Assembly: GCA_016218805.1 (NCBI GenBank)
Contig: JACRCW010000032.1
Coordinates: 53,197-73,196, forward strand
Origin: Deltaproteobacteria bacterium
GTDB taxonomy: Bacteria; Myxococcota; JACRCW01
DNA: 20,000 nt
Direction of reading: 5' to 3'
Of this stretch, positions 16,719-20,000 are shown piece by piece (positions within the stretch are counted from its first letter, which is position 1; every line of letters starts with the position of its first letter). Under the pieces are notes generated by a model. It saw only the letters and a list, made by a program, of their open reading frames with translations. It made no database searches and was not told the DNA's origin. Both the position numbers and the translations under genes were made by a program.

Positions 16719-17969
16719 GTGACAAATCAGCGCCTGACTTGCCTGTCGGTGACCGCGCTCCTGGCGGCGTGCCACGCCCCGGAGCCGCCCGCGGCGGTGC
16801 CCGTGACCCCGGTGGCGGCCGCCGTGGCGCTGCCGCCCGCGCCCGCCCTGGTCCCGCCCCCCGCGCCCGGCGTGGTGACGGTGCGCGACACCACGGTGCG
16901 GCTGGGGCAGGGCACGCTGGGCGGGGTGCTGGCCTCCGCGGGCGTGTCCGCGGAGGACGCGGCGCGGGCGCTGGCCGCGCTGCCCCAGACGTTTGAACCG
17001 CGCCGGATGCGTGCCGCGGACCTGGTGGGCATCCGCAGTGAGGACGGGGCGCTGGCGGAACTGGAGTTGCGGGGGTTCCGTGAGGACGGCGCGCCCCAAC
17101 GGGTCAGCGTGACGCGCGGGCCAGACGGGACCTGGCATTCCGCCACCGCCGCGGCGGAGGTCCGCGTCGTCCAGGAAGTGGTGCGCGGGACCATCCGGGA
17201 CACGCTGTATGACTCGCTCATCGCGCTGCGCGAGGGGCCGGCGCTGATCAACCGGTTCGTGGACGTGTTTGACTCCCAGGTGGACTTCTACCGGGAGGTG
17301 CAGAACGGTGACACGTTCCGTCTCGTCGTGGAGAAGCGCTACGCGGGTGACCGGCTGGTGGGCTACGGGCGCGTTCTGGCGGCGGAGTACCGGCAGGCCG
17401 GGCGCACGCTGCGCGGCTTCTGGTGGGCGGGTCCGGAAGGGAAGGGCGGCCATTATGACGAACGCGGCCGTGCCCTGCTGACCGCGTTTCTCAAGACGCC
17501 CATGGAGTTCACCCGGATCACGTCCAGCTTTGGCATGCGCTTCCACCCGGTCCTGCACGAACGGCGCGCGCACAACGGCGTGGACTACGGCGCGCCCACC
17601 GGCACGCCGGTGTGGTCCGTGGGTGACGGCCGCGTGCTGTCCGCGCGGGCGGAGGGCGCCTGCGGCAACGCGGTGCTGGTGCAACACCCCAACGGTCTCA
17701 CCACGGGGTACTGCCACCTGTCCCGCTTTGCCGCCGGCATGCGCGCGGGGGCGCGCGTGGGGCAGCGGCAGGTCATTGGCTACGTGGGCACCACCGGGCG
17801 CTCCACGGCGCCGCACCTGCACTTCCTGATGAAGCGCAACGGGGATTACGTGAACCCACAGAAGATTGAGGCGCCCCGCCGCGCGGGCCTGTCCGGCGCC
17901 GAGCTTGCGAAGTTCCATGCGATCCTGCCAGACCTCGTCTCACGCCTGGAGAACGGCTCCGGCGCCTGA
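16719..17969 (+). CDS. M23 family peptidoglycan DD-metalloendopeptidase (MepM-like), probable lipoprotein (416 aa)
   Basis: GTG 16719 with GGAG upstream; LLAA-C lipobox. Middle domain VDFYREVQNGDTFRLVVEK. M23 motifs RITSSFGMRFHP, HNGVDY (HxxxD), YCHLS, GTTGRSTAPHLHF (HxH). Confidence 0.92.
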   Translation: MTNQRLTCLSVTALLAACHAPEPPAAVPVTPVAAAVALPPAPALVPPPAPGVVTVRDTTVRLGQGTLGGVLASAGVSAEDAARALAALPQTFEPRRMRAADLVGIRSEDGALAELELRGFREDGAPQRVSVTRGPDGTWHSATAAAEVRVVQEVVRGTIRDTLYDSLIALREGPALINRFVDVFDSQVDFYREVQNGDTFRLVVEKRYAGDRLVGYGRVLAAEYRQAGRTLRGFWWAGPEGKGGHYDERGRALLTAFLKTPMEFTRITSSFGMRFHPVLHERRAHNGVDYGAPTGTPVWSVGDGRVLSARAEGACGNAVLVQHPNGLTTGYCHLSRFAAGMRAGARVGQRQVIGYVGTTGRSTAPHLHFLMKRNGDYVNPQKIEAPRRAGLSGAELAKFHAILPDLVSRLENGSGA

Positions 17970-17970
17970 G

Positions 17971-19692
17971 GTGCGTGTGCGTTGCGTCCCGCGGTTCCTG
18001 CCCGTGGTGCTGGTCCTGGCGCTTGCCGCGCCCGGAGGAACGCGCGCCGGTGACGACGCACCGCCGCCGCCGCCGCGGGTGGTGCTGGGGGTGGAGCTGG
18101 AGCCGCTGCTGGCCCGGATGTCCGTGGAGCAGAAGGTGGGCCAGCTGCTGCTGCTGGGCTTTGGCGGGACGGAGCTGGATGACCGCGCGCGCGTGTTGTT
18201 CCATGACAAGCGGCCCGGCGGCGTGGCGCTGTTCTCACGCAACATTGGCGGGCGCGCGCAGGTGCGCGCGCTGACGGCGGCGGTCCGCCGGGAGATGGGC
18301 GCGGAGATCCCGCCGTTCATTGGCGTGGACCAGGAGGGCGGCAACGTCATCCGGCTCAAGGAGCGCACCACGCTGCTGCCCTCCGCCATGGCGCTGGGCG
18401 CCACCCGCAGCCCCCCGCTGGCCGAAGCCGCGGGCCGCGCCGTGGGGGCGGACTTGCGCGCGCTGGGGTTCAACATGAACTTTGCGCCGGTGCTGGACGT
18501 GAACAGCAACCCGGCCAACCCGGTCATTGGCGTGCGTTCGTTTGGTGAGCGCCCGGAGCTGGTGGCGGAGCTGGGCAGCGCGTTCATTGCCGGGCTGCGT
18601 GCGTCCGGCGTGGCGGGCGTGGCCAAGCACTTCCCCGGGCACGGGGACACCCGGGAGGACAGCCACTTCCGCCTCCCGTCCGTCCCGCACGACGTGGCGC
18701 GGCTGGAGGCGGTGGAGCTGCTGCCGTTTGAACGCGCGTCCCGGGAGGGGCTGTCCGCCATCATGACGGCGCACCTGGCGCTGCCCGCCATCACGGGTGA
18801 CCCGGACCTCCCCGCGTCGCTGTCACGCGAAGTGCTGACGGGCATTCTGCGCCGCAAGATGGGCTTCCAGGGCATCATCATGACGGACGGCCTGGAGATG
18901 GAGGCGGTGGCGGGGCGGTTTGGCGCGGGCAAGGCGGCGGTGATGGCGGTGAAGGCCGGCGCGGACATGGTCATGGTGCTGTGGTTCCCTGAGAAGAAGA
19001 CGGAGGTCCACCGCGCGCTGCTGGCCGCCGCCCGCTCCGGCGAGATCCCGCGCCAGCGCCTGGACGACGCGGTCCTGCGCGTGCTGGGCGAAAAGGCGCG
19101 CCTGGGACTGCTGGGTGCGGTGCCGCCGCCGCCGCCCGCGCCCGGCGCGTCCACCCTGGGCGTGGATGACCAGGTGGCCGCCGGCGCCGTGACCCTGCTG
19201 CGCAATGAAGGCGACGTGCTCCCGCTGGAGGCACACCAGCGGGTGCTGGTGGTGAGCCCGGATGGCACGTTTGCCGCGGCCCTCAAGCAGCGCCTGCCCC
19301 GCACGCGCTCCATCCTGATCCCGTCCACCATGTCGTCAGAGAAACGGCGCGCCGCGCGGTTCCGCGCCCTCAAGCAGGGGCGCGAGGTGGACGTGGCGGT
19401 GGTGGCGGTGGTCAATGACGTGCAGCTGCAGGTGGCGCGCGCCCTGGCGCAGGACCGGCCGGGCCGCCCCGTGGTGGTGGTCAGCCTGCTGTCTCCCTAC
19501 CTGCTGTCCCAGGTCCCGGACGTGGATGCCTACCTGTGCACGTACAGCTACCTGCGGCCGGCGCAGGTGGCCGCCGCGCGCGTCATCTCCGGGCACGCGC
19601 AGGCGCGTGGGAAGCTGCCGGTGAGCATCCCCCGGCACGCGGCGTTTGGTGACGGCCTGCAGCCGCCGCGCTCGGCGTCCATTGGTCCCTGA
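17971..19692 (+). CDS. nagZ: GH3 beta-N-acetylglucosaminidase (NagZ type) with signal peptide and C-terminal GH3 domain (~573 aa)
   Basis: DQEGG, NFAPVLDV, RSFG, NagZ signature KHFPGHGDTREDSH, MTAH, nucleophile region MTDGLEM; C-terminal VTLLRN...SPY...GKLPVSIP. GTG start one base after the M23 stop (alternative GTG 17977). Confidence 0.92.
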   Translation: MRVRCVPRFLPVVLVLALAAPGGTRAGDDAPPPPPRVVLGVELEPLLARMSVEQKVGQLLLLGFGGTELDDRARVLFHDKRPGGVALFSRNIGGRAQVRALTAAVRREMGAEIPPFIGVDQEGGNVIRLKERTTLLPSAMALGATRSPPLAEAAGRAVGADLRALGFNMNFAPVLDVNSNPANPVIGVRSFGERPELVAELGSAFIAGLRASGVAGVAKHFPGHGDTREDSHFRLPSVPHDVARLEAVELLPFERASREGLSAIMTAHLALPAITGDPDLPASLSREVLTGILRRKMGFQGIIMTDGLEMEAVAGRFGAGKAAVMAVKAGADMVMVLWFPEKKTEVHRALLAAARSGEIPRQRLDDAVLRVLGEKARLGLLGAVPPPPPAPGASTLGVDDQVAAGAVTLLRNEGDVLPLEAHQRVLVVSPDGTFAAALKQRLPRTRSILIPSTMSSEKRRAARFRALKQGREVDVAVVAVVNDVQLQVARALAQDRPGRPVVVVSLLSPYLLSQVPDVDAYLCTYSYLRPAQVAAARVISGHAQARGKLPVSIPRHAAFGDGLQPPRSASIGP

Positions 19693-19861
19693 CCCAGGTT
19701 CCGCCGTCGCTGCGCAGTCCAAACCGCGTAGCGTTTTCGCGATCTTGGCGCGTGGCCCCCCGTAGCCCCCTGTGATAGTCCGCCCGCGCCCGGGCGAGGC
19801 GCCCGGCCCCATTTTTCGCGCCGGAACGGGCTTGCTGCCCCCCGGCAGCACGAGGCGAGTC

Positions 19862-20000
19862 ATGTTGAAGCGTCCCAAGATCGCGATCGTTGGTGCAGGT
19901 GGCAACGTGGGTGCGGCCGTGGCGCAGTGGGCGGCCATCAAGGACCTGGGTGACCTGGCCCTCATCGACCTCAAGGGCGCCGTGGCACAGGGCAAGGGCC
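19862..20000 (+). CDS. mdh: Malate dehydrogenase (LDH-like), 5' part; runs off the window
   Basis: ATG 19862 with GAGG upstream: [46 protein letters not shown]. Rossmann Gly loop plus KxLGD and QGK motifs of LDH-like MDHs. The substrate loop separating MDH from LDH is outside the window. Confidence 0.8.
   Translation, partial: MLKRPKIAIVGAGGNVGAAVAQWAAIKDLGDLALIDLKGAVAQGKG

Noticed and set aside
1..20000. Genome-wide reassignment of TGA (genetic code 4 or 25)
   Set aside because: TGA ends moaA at its conserved C-terminus and most other genes here, including two GTGA stop/start overlaps.

Overview
Very GC-rich bacterial DNA, probably Myxococcota or a related deltaproteobacterial lineage (inferred from GC content, Ser/Gly-linker lipoproteins, Cys-rich surface proteins and an FHA-GAF signalling protein). 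Genes left to right: (-) the N-terminus of an alpha-2-macroglobulin-like protein (missing from the ORF track because it runs off the window) translationally coupled to a 1756-aa secreted protein of repeated Cys-paired beta-sandwich modules; (+) a small lipoprotein; (-) an internally duplicated lipoprotein and an M28 peptidase lipoprotein; (+) an FHA-GAF-HD-GYP phosphodiesterase, moaA, a giant Cys-rich lipoprotein, an intrinsic terminator, an M23 peptidase, a secreted GH3 NagZ, and the start of mdh. The strongest signal is the Cys-rich gene (13221-16562): one continuous frame of 43 four-Cys modules broken by a single in-frame TGA (15207-15209) exactly at an invariant Cys position, followed by a possible hairpin. 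This could be selenocysteine or readthrough recoding, a recent nonsense mutation, or a sequencing error; the sequence alone cannot decide. Also notable: no TCGA tetramer across ~13 kb by manual scan, versus 12 sites in the left 6.8 kb.
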